Shown in pieces: positions 12,896-22,929 of a DNA stretch of 64,000 bases. The stretch covers positions 4,278,001-4,342,000 of the forward strand of contig JAQOWU010000008.1 of NCBI GenBank assembly GCA_030867685.1. Direction: 5' to 3'. The position numbers and the translations under genes were made by a program. Each line of letters starts with the position of its first letter. Position 1 is the first letter of the stretch. This DNA is from Wickerhamiella versatilis (lineage: Eukaryota). The notes below the pieces were generated by a model that saw nothing but the letters and a program-made list of their open reading frames with translations, had not been told where the DNA came from and searched no databases.

Positions 12896-14458
12896 CTAGA
12901 TTTTCGCTCCAAGAATTTGATGAGCTTTGATAGACTGGCGTATCATGAGATCCAGCATAATTTCTTCCGATCCTCCAGGAATGGCAAGCGCACGAACATC
13001 CCGATATAGCCGTTCCACCTTTCCGCCACGTCCGCCAACTTGATACGAAATGCCACCAAGGACTTGGCTAGCCTCACGAGCACAATATTCGAACGTCTGC
13101 GTTGCTAGGGCTTTTGCACCTGCAATTGGACCTCCCAGCCGAAGCATGCCTTCTGCAGGACTAAGGTGGTCAAGTTCGAACGTCAGGGAATCCGTCCAGG
13201 CCTGCGAACCCTCTAATCGTGCTGCCATCTGTGCAAGCTTGTTTCGAATAACTGGGTGGTGGATCAATGGCTTCCCGAATGTCTCACGATGATGCGCATA
13301 TTTAAGTGCCTCTTCAACACATACTCTGGAGTATCTATTGGCTTGATGCAGAATAGCAAGGCGCTCATGATTGAAATTCCCCATAATCACTTTGAATCCG
13401 CCATTTTCTGGGCCCAGCAAATTCGAGACAGGTACTTTTACATCGTCAAACTCTACGAATGCTGTACCGCTTCCCCTCACACCCTGTACTTGAATAGGGG
13501 TACAGTTAACGCCAGGCATACTCCTCTCTATCAAAAGCATTGACACACCTTTCATTCCAGGTCCGCCCGTGCGTACAGCAACACTGAAGTAATCTGCCAT
13601 CATGCCATTCGTTATAAATTTCTTTATCCCATTGACAACATAATGATCACCCTGCCGCTCTGCTGTGGTGTCAAGATTTGCAACGTCAGATCCACCCCTG
13701 GGTTCAGTAATGCATAGACAGACCCGCTTCTGACCGCTGAGAACTTCGGGGACCACTCTTTTTCTGACTTCTGGACTTGCATAATTCAGGATCGGAGGCA
13801 ACCCAATGCCAAGACCACCTGTGAGGAACCATACAAGACCACAAGACCCACATCTCGCAATTTCATCTATGACTATCGCCTGATGGAAGCCATCGAATAC
13901 GTCGTTGGGAACAACATCCGCATGCTTGTTGGTGACATACTCAGATAAGAACTTCGGGGTGGGGCAGCAATACGCTAGATATCCGGCCTCTCCAAAATCT
14001 TTATAAAGCTTTTCGGGATAAACCCCAGCAGCATCCCACTCGTCAATGTTTGGCATGAAATTCTCTTCAACGTACTTTCTCAGACGATCACGAAACTTCG
14101 CATGGCTTGGCCCGTAGTATGCAGAAGGATAGCCTTGACTCCACGAAGGGTCTCCGAATGGTACCATATCGCCTGAGGGCTCAACAATATCTGCCTTCCC
14201 TGCAGAAGGGTTAGCAACTAAACTTGAGCTGGTTCCAATTTTGAATGCTTTTCCATATTTTTCTAGCACATTTGCCGCATCATGATACTTGTGAAATTCC
14301 TTAGATGCATCCTTACCGCCAACTTTCTGCAACATCTTTTTACCGCCCGGATGCTTTTTCTGCCACTCGGTAACATCGTAGACATCACCGTCAATCACAA
14401 TCCAAAGACTTTCCGGCGTGTTATGGGTGGCAATTTCTTCAAATGGGTATTCTTTCAT
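12896..14458 (-). CDS. Cytochrome b5-fused acyl-CoA dehydrogenase, probably peroxisomal
   Basis: N-terminal b5 domain (VYDVT..HPGG..GKDA...F..YH); ACAD motifs CITEPRGGSD and IPGGSEEIM; C-terminal AKI. Confidence 0.9.
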   Translation of the reverse strand: MKEYPFEEIATHNTPESLWIVIDGDVYDVTEWQKKHPGGKKMLQKVGGKDASKEFHKYHDAANVLEKYGKAFKIGTSSSLVANPSAGKADIVEPSGDMVPFGDPSWSQGYPSAYYGPSHAKFRDRLRKYVEENFMPNIDEWDAAGVYPEKLYKDFGEAGYLAYCCPTPKFLSEYVTNKHADVVPNDVFDGFHQAIVIDEIARCGSCGLVWFLTGGLGIGLPPILNYASPEVRKRVVPEVLSGQKRVCLCITEPRGGSDVANLDTTAERQGDHYVVNGIKKFITNGMMADYFSVAVRTGGPGMKGVSMLLIERSMPGVNCTPIQVQGVRGSGTAFVEFDDVKVPVSNLLGPENGGFKVIMGNFNHERLAILHQANRYSRVCVEEALKYAHHRETFGKPLIHHPVIRNKLAQMAARLEGSQAWTDSLTFELDHLSPAEGMLRLGGPIAGAKALATQTFEYCAREASQVLGGISYQVGGRGGKVERLYRDVRALAIPGGSEEIMLDLMIRQSIKAHQILGAKI

Positions 14459-14735
14459 CGCCGCTGTTGTTAAAATGATTTGTCCTGAAGAAAGCGGGGT
14501 AAGCTGAGTTAATATATTTATATATTCCTAACCCACTAAATTACTTTGAATATCTGGCCAAAATATAAGTAATGAAGTTGTTTATACGTCATAATTAATT
14601 AAATGAAAAATATAGTCTTCATACTCTCCTGGAAAAGTAGGACTAAATTTGCTATCCTGAACTTAACTTGCATATTCCAATTTAAACTAGAATAATGCGT
14701 GACTTACCAATATTCATTCTCAAAAATCTACTAAT

Positions 14736-16295
14736 TCAAATATCCACATTCAATTTGATATCGAGTGATGCTATAACATCGTCAAGGGCAGACAAAGAGA
14801 TGGGAACACTACTCTCTGTATTGCCATTTCCTACCGCGCTTGACCCAGGCTCAGATGTACGCGATATCCTCCGAAGATGGTCCAATGGGTTCTTTATTGT
14901 CAAGGACTGTCTTTGAGGACGTCTTGCTGGCCGCGTCGGCGTCTGTGAAGACCGCGGGGGTCGACTTGATGCACTAGCTGGCGATGGCTTTGGTTCCTCT
15001 GGTTTCGTCAATTTGGCACGAGGGGCGGAAGAAGTCGACAAATTGGCCATCTTTTCATCAATTTCCTGAAGTGCCTTACCGTCACCGGACTCCAGAGCGA
15101 TCTCCCGCTGCTGCTGTAATGCTGCGCGTACTAGAACAGCATTAGCACCCTTGACACCACTGAGCCGTTGTCGACGAGCGACCATCTCCTCTATTTCGCT
15201 CGAAGTTAAGGGTCTCTGGCGCATCTCACGAATCTCTGCGAACTTAGCATCGATACGTCGTTTCATAGGGAGCGAGATTCCCGCCTCTTTTAACGCTTGT
15301 GACCAGTATTCAAACTCAGAAGGGGTCACAGGACTATCACTGCAGATATTAAAGTCAATAGTGCGTTCTGATCCTGCATGTGATACAACTATTCCCTGGT
15401 CGACCCATCGATCCATTAAACGATAGGGTCTTGGTGCTTGGACCACCTTACGGACCTGGCACAAGCGGTAAACATTCTCACCTGTCCTCCGATTGCTTCC
15501 AATATTTACACGTACGAAGCAGCCACGAACCGCATCTTCAAAAGTAGGGTGATGACAGAATTGCTTGAACAAGGATTTACCCCAACGAATGCGGTTTACA
15601 TCTACAATGGTGGCTTCACGCTGAGATTCAGCTGAATCTTCAGCTTCATCCCACATTGGACCCTCATCATCTTCTGACTGTGAATAGTCAGATTCTCTCG
15701 CCTGTGGAGAATAACCTTCGCTAACCTCGCTTTCCAAGTCTTCCTCGTCAGAAACATCCCGAACACGTTTCTGCCGCTCCTGCCGTTTCTTTTTAAGCTC
15801 TTGGAGCTTGTTTTGGGTCCGCGATGTCACACCCACTGTGCGGCGACTGCGCGAGCGTTCTTCTTGTTCCTCCTCCTCGTCTGACCTATTACCCGTCTCG
15901 GCAGCCTTCATACGCCGCCTTCTTTCCATAAGGTATCGAGCCTCCTCGAACCTCTGCATCTCTTGACTTCTGTCAAAAAGAATTGATTCACGCTCCACTT
16001 CCGGCAATGATTCCAAGTGTCCGCGGTCAGCTTCATCACGATATTTACCTTCAAGTGGATATGGATTTTTATACAATGCCTCAGACTCCTCGTCATCCTC
16101 TTTGTCCTCGGACGGTGATGCTTTAGCGGCTCCAGAGTGTCGTTCAGAAGTTGTCGACGCATTCGCTGCAGGTTCATAGTCATCACTGCTCACGCTCCCG
16201 GTACGCTGCCTTTTCGAAGGTTGCGATTCCTCCTCGTTATCGCTTTCTTCTCCAGCCAAAGCCAGCAAATCCTCATCCTCGTCCAAGTCCGACAT
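14736..16295 (-). CDS. RTF1: Paf1 complex subunit Rtf1
   Basis: [31 protein letters not shown] (HMD) and Plus3 domain ([15 protein letters not shown]); ATG at 16295. Confidence 0.92.
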   Translation of the reverse strand: MSDLDEDEDLLALAGEESDNEEESQPSKRQRTGSVSSDDYEPAANASTTSERHSGAAKASPSEDKEDDEESEALYKNPYPLEGKYRDEADRGHLESLPEVERESILFDRSQEMQRFEEARYLMERRRRMKAAETGNRSDEEEEQEERSRSRRTVGVTSRTQNKLQELKKKRQERQKRVRDVSDEEDLESEVSEGYSPQARESDYSQSEDDEGPMWDEAEDSAESQREATIVDVNRIRWGKSLFKQFCHHPTFEDAVRGCFVRVNIGSNRRTGENVYRLCQVRKVVQAPRPYRLMDRWVDQGIVVSHAGSERTIDFNICSDSPVTPSEFEYWSQALKEAGISLPMKRRIDAKFAEIREMRQRPLTSSEIEEMVARRQRLSGVKGANAVLVRAALQQQREIALESGDGKALQEIDEKMANLSTSSAPRAKLTKPEEPKPSPASASSRPPRSSQTPTRPARRPQRQSLTIKNPLDHLRRISRTSEPGSSAVGNGNTESSVPISLSALDDVIASLDIKLNVDI

Positions 16296-16439
16296 ATCTA
16301 GCAAACGCTTATGTCAGAATGTTAATAGATACATACAACGACCTTTATCTTCCCTTTTAAGAAATTATTACCAAAAGTACAGCAATACTAGCATTGGATC
16401 TACAGTATAAATTCTTATGCAAAACCCTGGATAAGATTT

Positions 16440-16784
16440 TTAAGTTGCCTCCGCCTTCTGTGCTGCCCTTGCCACCTCCTCAGGCGTCTTCGTTGACATC
16501 TGCAGCGCATGTATACCATTCTGGGACTGCAATTCATCCTTGAGCAGATTATAAACCATACGGTGTCTTGCTGGTTGTGGTTTACCAGCGAATGCTGAAC
16601 TTACAATACGGAGGCGAAAATGTGACTCCACTGCGTTAGCGCTCCCCCTCATAGCAGCATGATGGGCATGCAAATGACTGTCATTCTGAATATCAAGCTC
16701 CGTGGGGCTAAGAGCTTGGCGTATTTTACTTCGAATAGCGTCAGTGATAGGTGTGGCCAAAGAAGTCATCTTCCTACGAAACAT
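16440..16784 (-). CDS. BOL1: Mitochondrial BolA family protein
   Basis: NDSHLHAHH, ESHFRLRIVSSAF.GK...RHRMVY and GIHALQ; short presequence MFRRKMTS. Confidence 0.88.
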   Translation of the reverse strand: MFRRKMTSLATPITDAIRSKIRQALSPTELDIQNDSHLHAHHAAMRGSANAVESHFRLRIVSSAFAGKPQPARHRMVYNLLKDELQSQNGIHALQMSTKTPEEVARAAQKAEAT

Positions 16785-16796
16785 AACGCTTACGGC

Positions 16797-17834
16797 ATGA
16801 CACAGGCTACAGTTCTTGCATATAGAAGCTGCTTCTCCGCGCTTGAATTAAAGCCCGTGGAAATTCCAACAGAACTCAAGTCTACGGAACTTGTCGTCAA
16901 AGTGACACATGCCGCTCTAAACCCAGTGGATATAAAAATTAAGTCACTCGACCCTGGTTTCACTTTATATGCTCTTAAGGACTTCTGTGGCTTTGTAGAA
17001 CGTGCTGGACGAGACGCCGCGAAAAATTGGGCTGCCGGTGAGCGGATTTGCGGGGTTGCTCTTCGAGCGCCATTTTCCAAGAACTTTGTTGGAACGTGGG
17101 CCGTCGTGGACATTGCTGCTGATGCACTCATCAAACCACCTGCACGTCTCAGCAACGTAGAGGCCGCTGCTTTTCCTCTGACCTTCGGAACTGCATATCA
17201 GATGCTCGAAAAAGCCAGTTTGACGCCAGAGTCAGCTGTGTTAATTTTGGGTGGCGCAACCGCAGTTGGCCAGCAGGCCATCCAACTCGCAAAGCTATTC
17301 TATAAGGTAAAAACAGTAGTTGCTACTTGCTCTGCATCTTCTTCCGAGCTGGTTCGCTCGTTGGGTGCTGATGTGGTGATTGACTACAATGAACCGAGTT
17401 TGTCAAAGACTTTCGTTGAATCCACGGAAACATCAGGTAAGTATAGTGCTATTATAGACTGTGTGGGGGGTTACGATGCCCTGAGGGTTTGGCCTGATCT
17501 CCTGGAGCCTGCTTCTAAAGGCTCAGTCTACGCTACCGTTATGGGAGATTCCCCTCCATACAAAAGCTACGCCAAAAGTATGCTTGGTTCACTTTTATCT
17601 CTACCATGGGTAATTTTCAGGCAGCTTTTTGGGTCATACTTAGGAATAAACTACTTTCACGTCGTGCTGAGTGGTGAAGGGAACTGGACAAAGGATGCTA
17701 CAGCGTTCTTCGCAAATACTGCTGCTAAAGTTGTAATTGACTCTGTATATGAACTTTCTCAGTTCCAGCTTGCTTGGGACAGGGTTGATAGTACTCGAGC
17801 TAAAGGTAAGGTAGTGATAGAGATGGATAGTTAG
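16797..17834 (+). CDS. MDR-superfamily NADPH quinone/enoyl reductase (Yim1/Ast1-like)
   Basis: VKVTHAALNPVDIK, EAAAFPLTFGTAY, LILGGATAVG, LGADVVIDY, RAKGKVVI; homology begins at ATG 16797. Confidence 0.85.
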   Translation: MTQATVLAYRSCFSALELKPVEIPTELKSTELVVKVTHAALNPVDIKIKSLDPGFTLYALKDFCGFVERAGRDAAKNWAAGERICGVALRAPFSKNFVGTWAVVDIAADALIKPPARLSNVEAAAFPLTFGTAYQMLEKASLTPESAVLILGGATAVGQQAIQLAKLFYKVKTVVATCSASSSELVRSLGADVVIDYNEPSLSKTFVESTETSGKYSAIIDCVGGYDALRVWPDLLEPASKGSVYATVMGDSPPYKSYAKSMLGSLLSLPWVIFRQLFGSYLGINYFHVVLSGEGNWTKDATAFFANTAAKVVIDSVYELSQFQLAWDRVDSTRAKGKVVIEMDS

Positions 17835-18073
17835 AGCGGTATCGTATTTTGCTTGAAATTTCAGAGAGGGGCTTTTCGACATTCTTACTGCTGTATACTG
17901 TCGTTCATGGTCAAGATTGGTGTAGGATCAGTTCTCGCTATCGCCTTCCTGAATATCACAACTCTTGACTATCTTGGGTTAGGTACGAGCTAATTTGTCT
18001 TGAGCACCGTAGTGGCTTCTCGATCGACTGATTTTCAGGTAATAACGGAGTACTTCCTCCTCTCTACGATTTC

Positions 18074-18970
18074 ATGTCCGATTCTGCCGCGACAGCGCTG
18101 GCCACTGTAGGGACAGTGCTCTGGTGTGTGCAGCTTATCCCTCAAGTAATAAGGAATTGGTACGTTCGCGATTGCGAAGGCGTACCTCCAAGTATGATGT
18201 TCTTATGGGCTGCAAGTGGGATTCCATTTGGTATATATTTTGTGGTACAAACAGCCAACTTGGTTCTTCAAATCCAGCCTTACCTTTTCATGTTCTTCAG
18301 CACACTATGCTTTTGGCAAACACTTTATTATCCCCCCAGTCGCCTTGGGTTTTGGAAATCGACGGGCATCGTTATGGCGCTTGTCGCCCTTGCAGTGGGT
18401 GCTAATATTGGCTGCATACTGCCCCTACGAAATCTATATAACAAGGGGATCGAATGGCCCAATTTGATACCTGGTATAATTGCCGCTGTTTTGCTCGCTG
18501 TCGGACTTTTGCCGCCTTACTGGGAGCTAGCAAAACGGAATGGTAGGGTCGTTGGAATAAATTTCGTATTTCTTTCCTTAGATTCGACCGGTGCCATATT
18601 TAATATCGCCGCTGTTGGAGAACAGTCTGGTGAGATTGATAGGCTCGGTATCGCTCTATATGCGGTTGTAGTCGGTCTTGAGTTTGGTATATTTATGTCA
18701 CATGCGATCTGGGCACTAAGAGTCCGATACTTTGGCCTTAAGGTCGAAGAAAATACAGACGAGGAGCTTGCAGACATACTCGCTCAGTATCCTCCGCCAC
18801 CAGAAATTACAGGAAGATTCCGCAGTTATGTTGCAGTTCATATTGCGGCGCCTGTTTCAAGGATAATGAGACCCTTCGCAGAATTGATAGATCCCAGGTC
18901 GACTATATCTGTGCATGAGGCTCGGAGTAAGGAAGAGCATGTGGAGCCAGTAAAGTCGGCCACACCCTAA
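18074..18970 (+). CDS. PQ-loop membrane protein (YDR090C/Ilt1-like)
   Basis: GTVLWCVQLIPQ, LLPPYWEL and RVVGINFVFL; seven hydrophobic segments. Confidence 0.85.
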   Translation: MSDSAATALATVGTVLWCVQLIPQVIRNWYVRDCEGVPPSMMFLWAASGIPFGIYFVVQTANLVLQIQPYLFMFFSTLCFWQTLYYPPSRLGFWKSTGIVMALVALAVGANIGCILPLRNLYNKGIEWPNLIPGIIAAVLLAVGLLPPYWELAKRNGRVVGINFVFLSLDSTGAIFNIAAVGEQSGEIDRLGIALYAVVVGLEFGIFMSHAIWALRVRYFGLKVEENTDEELADILAQYPPPPEITGRFRSYVAVHIAAPVSRIMRPFAELIDPRSTISVHEARSKEEHVEPVKSATP

Positions 18971-19223
18971 TTTTATTATGTCTTGCTGTTCACTTGCTTA
19001 TTATTGCCATGACCAGTATAGATTCTATGTACATGAACACCTTATTTCCCGAATACACAAAAAAAGTAAAAAAGGTATTTTGCATGATCTCAGCTAGTTT
19101 AATTTAAAATTACTATTCCTAGCACGAGACACTAGGCAACGAGCTTAATGTTACACGCCCGCCTATCACAGGAAGTCTAATCCTTATCTATCGATGTCTT
19201 TTAAAAGAGAAATGTGGTTTGGC

Positions 19224-20102
19224 TTACCAGCCGCCGCCACCACCAAAACCTCCCTGGTTTCCTCCACCATAACCACCCTGGCCACCGCCAAAGCCGCCAT
19301 CATTTCCACCAAAACCACCCTGGCCACCACCAAAGCCGCCATCATTTCCACCAAAACCACCCTGGCTACCGCCACCGCCATAGCCACCGCCATAGCCACC
19401 GCCATAGCCACCGTCATTTCCGCCAAATCCAGAATCACCTCCCCCATGATGATGGTGTCGACCGCCGGAGAATCCACCTCCTCCGCCAAATCCACCGTCT
19501 GCACCACCACCACTTATGCTTCCGCCTCCGCCGAAGCCTCCGCCTCCTTCAAAATCATCTCGGGAAGATCCGCCAAATCCGCCGCCAGAAGACCCACCGT
19601 AGCCACCGCCAGAGGATCCACCGTAGCCACCGCCAGAGGATCCGCCAAATCCACCGCCAGAAGACCCACCATAGCCACCGCCAGAGGATCCACCGAACTC
19701 ACCACCACCAGAAGATCCGTAGCCGCCGCCGGAAGATCCGCCGTAGCCACCATTGTTACCACCGTAACCACCTTGCTGGTTACCATTACCATGATGGGAG
19801 AATACCTGGTCTTTGATAGCACCTATGATACCACCACCTGAACTATGCTGGCCACCTTCGCCGTAGCCTCCTTGGTTTCCACCACCGAAGCCATCCTGGC
19901 CACCACCGTAGCCGCCCTGATTGCCACCACCGTAGCCGCCTTGGTTACCTCCAGAATGACCACCTAGGATCTGCTGGCCTATATTTTCGAGGAGGTTATT
20001 TCCGCCACCTTGTCCTTGTTGTTGCTGGTTATTACCTCCACCAAGATACTTCTCTTCTGCCTTGTGAATAGCGAAATCTTTGGCTTGATCTAGCAACCCC
20101 AT
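19224..20102 (-). CDS. Gly-rich low-complexity protein
   Basis: 292-aa ATG ORF with GGNQGGYG, GGSSGGG[Y/F] and GGNDGG[F/Y] repeats; TATA about 40 nt upstream. Confidence 0.8.
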   Translation of the reverse strand: MGLLDQAKDFAIHKAEEKYLGGGNNQQQQGQGGGNNLLENIGQQILGGHSGGNQGGYGGGNQGGYGGGQDGFGGGNQGGYGEGGQHSSGGGIIGAIKDQVFSHHGNGNQQGGYGGNNGGYGGSSGGGYGSSGGGEFGGSSGGGYGGSSGGGFGGSSGGGYGGSSGGGYGGSSGGGFGGSSRDDFEGGGGFGGGGSISGGGADGGFGGGGGFSGGRHHHHGGGDSGFGGNDGGYGGGYGGGYGGGGSQGGFGGNDGGFGGGQGGFGGNDGGFGGGQGGYGGGNQGGFGGGGGW

Positions 20103-20203
20103 ATTAGTCTAGTAATCATAATCGCTGATCATGGAGCAGCTATATAGGGTAGGGTAAGGTTTGATGACGTGCCACGGATACGTAAATCTTGTTTCAACTA
20201 GGA

Positions 20204-21310
20204 ATGCCTGAGGAACCCAAACTAAGGGAGAGACCCGATCCTTACGATGATCGCTTTCCTTCCCCTCGAGATACACTAAGTTGGTCGCCTGAGGAGCGGA
20301 TATTAGGTCTACGTAACACTTGGCGTATGTATCCTGGCACAGTTTTCACTCCTTCATCCACAGTAAAATGGGAGTATGGTTCTCCAATCAAGCTTTCTTA
20401 TAATTTCAAAGGCGAAAATAAGAATCTGTCCGATTATGTTGTTAGTCAACACGCTGGAGGGTTGATACTACTTCACAAAGGTAAAATTGTGCACGAGTAT
20501 TATGGTTTCGGAAATACGCCATCTACTTTATGGACTTCACGCTCGGTGGCGAAGTCGATTTGCTCGATCCTCCTAGGATGTGAAATTAAAGATGGTCTGA
20601 TGTCATACTCTGATCCGATAACAAAATATGTGCCACAGCTAATTGGCAGCGCGTGGGATGGTTGTACGATAAACCACGTCGCAACACATACTTCTGGTGT
20701 TGACTGGATAGAAGACTATACAAAGCCAGGTCCATTTGCCGATATGACTCTCTATGAGGCTGAAGACAACACGTTCGATAAGGTGCTAAATCTGGTTGCA
20801 AATTTGAAGAGAGCATACCAGCCTGGAACCCATTGGGCGTATTGTAGTGGAGGATCTTTCGTTTTAGGACTTGCTATAGAGCAAGCGGTAAAGATGTCAC
20901 TAGGTAAGTACCTGGAATTGAAATTATGGGGCCCGATGGAAAGTCAAGGGGTGTGGCAAAATTACGCAGAAGGAAGCCATGACATAGGAGCACACGGTTT
21001 TAATGCTACACTACGTGACTATGCGCGGTTCGCGTATCTTACGGCGTCGAATAATTTACCAGTGGAACAGGATTGGGTCGAATTTAGTACGCGGCCGACG
21101 GCACAGTCGAATAACTTATTCAGTAACCAATGGTGGAATGATTTGAATATAAAAGGTACATTTTGGGCAAAAGGTATTTTTGGGCAGCATATTGCTATAA
21201 ACCGTGAGACGGACAAGGTGTTGGTACAATGGTCAGCATATGAGGATGCTCTTGATAGGAAATACGATGAGGAAGCTAGTGCAATGTTCGCTGCGTTCGT
21301 TGACCAGTAA
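20204..21310 (+). CDS. Beta-lactamase-fold serine hydrolase (NylB/class C-like), bacterial type
   Basis: SxxK motif (TSRSVAKS), HTSG, PGTHWAYCS, ATLRDYARF and AKGIFGQ; ATG at 20204. Confidence 0.85.
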   Translation: MPEEPKLRERPDPYDDRFPSPRDTLSWSPEERILGLRNTWRMYPGTVFTPSSTVKWEYGSPIKLSYNFKGENKNLSDYVVSQHAGGLILLHKGKIVHEYYGFGNTPSTLWTSRSVAKSICSILLGCEIKDGLMSYSDPITKYVPQLIGSAWDGCTINHVATHTSGVDWIEDYTKPGPFADMTLYEAEDNTFDKVLNLVANLKRAYQPGTHWAYCSGGSFVLGLAIEQAVKMSLGKYLELKLWGPMESQGVWQNYAEGSHDIGAHGFNATLRDYARFAYLTASNNLPVEQDWVEFSTRPTAQSNNLFSNQWWNDLNIKGTFWAKGIFGQHIAINRETDKVLVQWSAYEDALDRKYDEEASAMFAAFVDQ

Positions 21311-22134
21311 AATTTTACATCTATAGATGCCAATAATTGTAATATCGATAAGATCAGCAGTGAAGGTCTTTGGTGTGCAATCTAATATCGACGTCATAGA
21401 GTAATATGCCATAAATCTACCTTTGGTCACTTACCTTGTGTGGTTAATGCGAAAGACTTAATCTCCTCGTATTTTTTTTATTCCTTTATCTATTTATCCT
21501 CTTATTTTCTCTTTAGAATGACTAGCAGTTTTGACCATGTCACATCGACTGTCCACAGTGAATCATGGAGGACTCGTTCGAGAGAATGCTAAAAACTATA
21601 CCGCTTAGGGTGCCATTCACAGTGGTAGACTGAAGTTCTTTATTTACATTTTCAATTTCCAATGAAATTAAATAGTTTAAGTATTAGGAGCTCTTTTCTT
21701 TGATTGAGCTTATTTTTCATATCATGTGTGATATTGATTGGATAACCAGTGAGTCACGGCTCCCTTATTCACCGACTCACTGAGAGTGAAGGGACTGAAG
21801 CGTCATAGTAGCTAGGGTTCAATAAATCAAGCTGTACTCTTTGATTTACAATTCTATAATGTTTTTCTAAACTGAGTTTCAATTACACACTTTGCACGTA
21901 GATACTAAATACGCAATATTGTGTTTCACTATACAAAGTCATGCCAACCCTGAGTAATTCGCACAATATAGTAATAGGGGAAAACAAGACTTTCTAGACC
22001 CCTAGAACATCTATTACATGCAAATACCAAGCGGATGATTTTGCAAAACCTACGATGAATCCTGGCTATAAACGTACCCAACGGTATTAATACATATAAA
22101 CCTCTACCTAACAAGATTCCCGTTCCTGCGGTTT

Positions 22135-22542
22135 TTAAGCCTGAACGGCCTTGCGGACGGCAGCAGCACGCTGCTTCTTGAGCTCCTGAACTTGGAAACG
22201 CTCAAAGTCGTTGAGCTGGCGTCGGCGCTCGTGCTGAGCACGCTTCTGAGCCCACGAGCTGGCAGCCCACTTGCCATCAATGTCAGCTGCCTTCCACTTC
22301 TTCGAGACAACAGCAGAGCCTGCTGCCCGGGGAAGCTTGGGAATTACGAGTTTAGTCAAAGTACCATGGGCATAGTAGATGCCCTGGCGGGGGACGTCTG
22401 GGCCATCAACCAAAGCACGCTTGTGGTCGATGATCTCAACAATCGTTGCCAGCTTACCGGCACTGGCACCACGCTCGATTAGGAGAACGCGGCCAACCTC
22501 GACGAGACGCCAGTCGATACTTTTAATGGTGGTCTCAGGCAT
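22135..22542 (-). CDS. RPL14: 60S ribosomal protein eL14
   Basis: [36 protein letters not shown]. Confidence 0.97.
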   Translation of the reverse strand: MPETTIKSIDWRLVEVGRVLLIERGASAGKLATIVEIIDHKRALVDGPDVPRQGIYYAHGTLTKLVIPKLPRAAGSAVVSKKWKAADIDGKWAASSWAQKRAQHERRRQLNDFERFQVQELKKQRAAAVRKAVQA

Positions 22543-22929
22543 TGGCTAACGGTAGTGGATCCTGTACTGCTACGTCCTCGGGATGAGTCGAGACTGGGAG
22601 CACGTTGGGCTGAAGCCCCAAGATGTGTAATACAGAAACAACTACCTGTGCTTCGTCATAGATTACAAATATTCAGGTTTAAATATTTTAAAACAAAACC
22701 CCATGATGGCTTGTAATTTGCGGTTGATGTCGGAAAGCAAGCCGACAAAATGATACCAACTTATAGCTGAGGGTTATTTACCTATATACATGGGGTCCAT
22801 CGTCCTTAACACATAACAGTGAGATTGACTGTTCCTGGACCCTTTCTCGCAATCAAGATAGTAATATTTATGCCCACTTAATTAAAGGCTTTAGATTCTT
22901 ATATTAATATGCCCAATATATATAAAGAG

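Noticed and set aside
19184-19841. Four extra long ORFs overlapping the Gly-rich gene (Thr/Ala-, His/Arg- and Val/Ala-rich)
   Set aside because: Shadow frames of GGN repeats, which lack stop codons
21429-21437. ACTTACCTT resembling the U1 snRNA 5' end
   Set aside because: No downstream U1-70K loop, U1A loop or suitably placed Sm site
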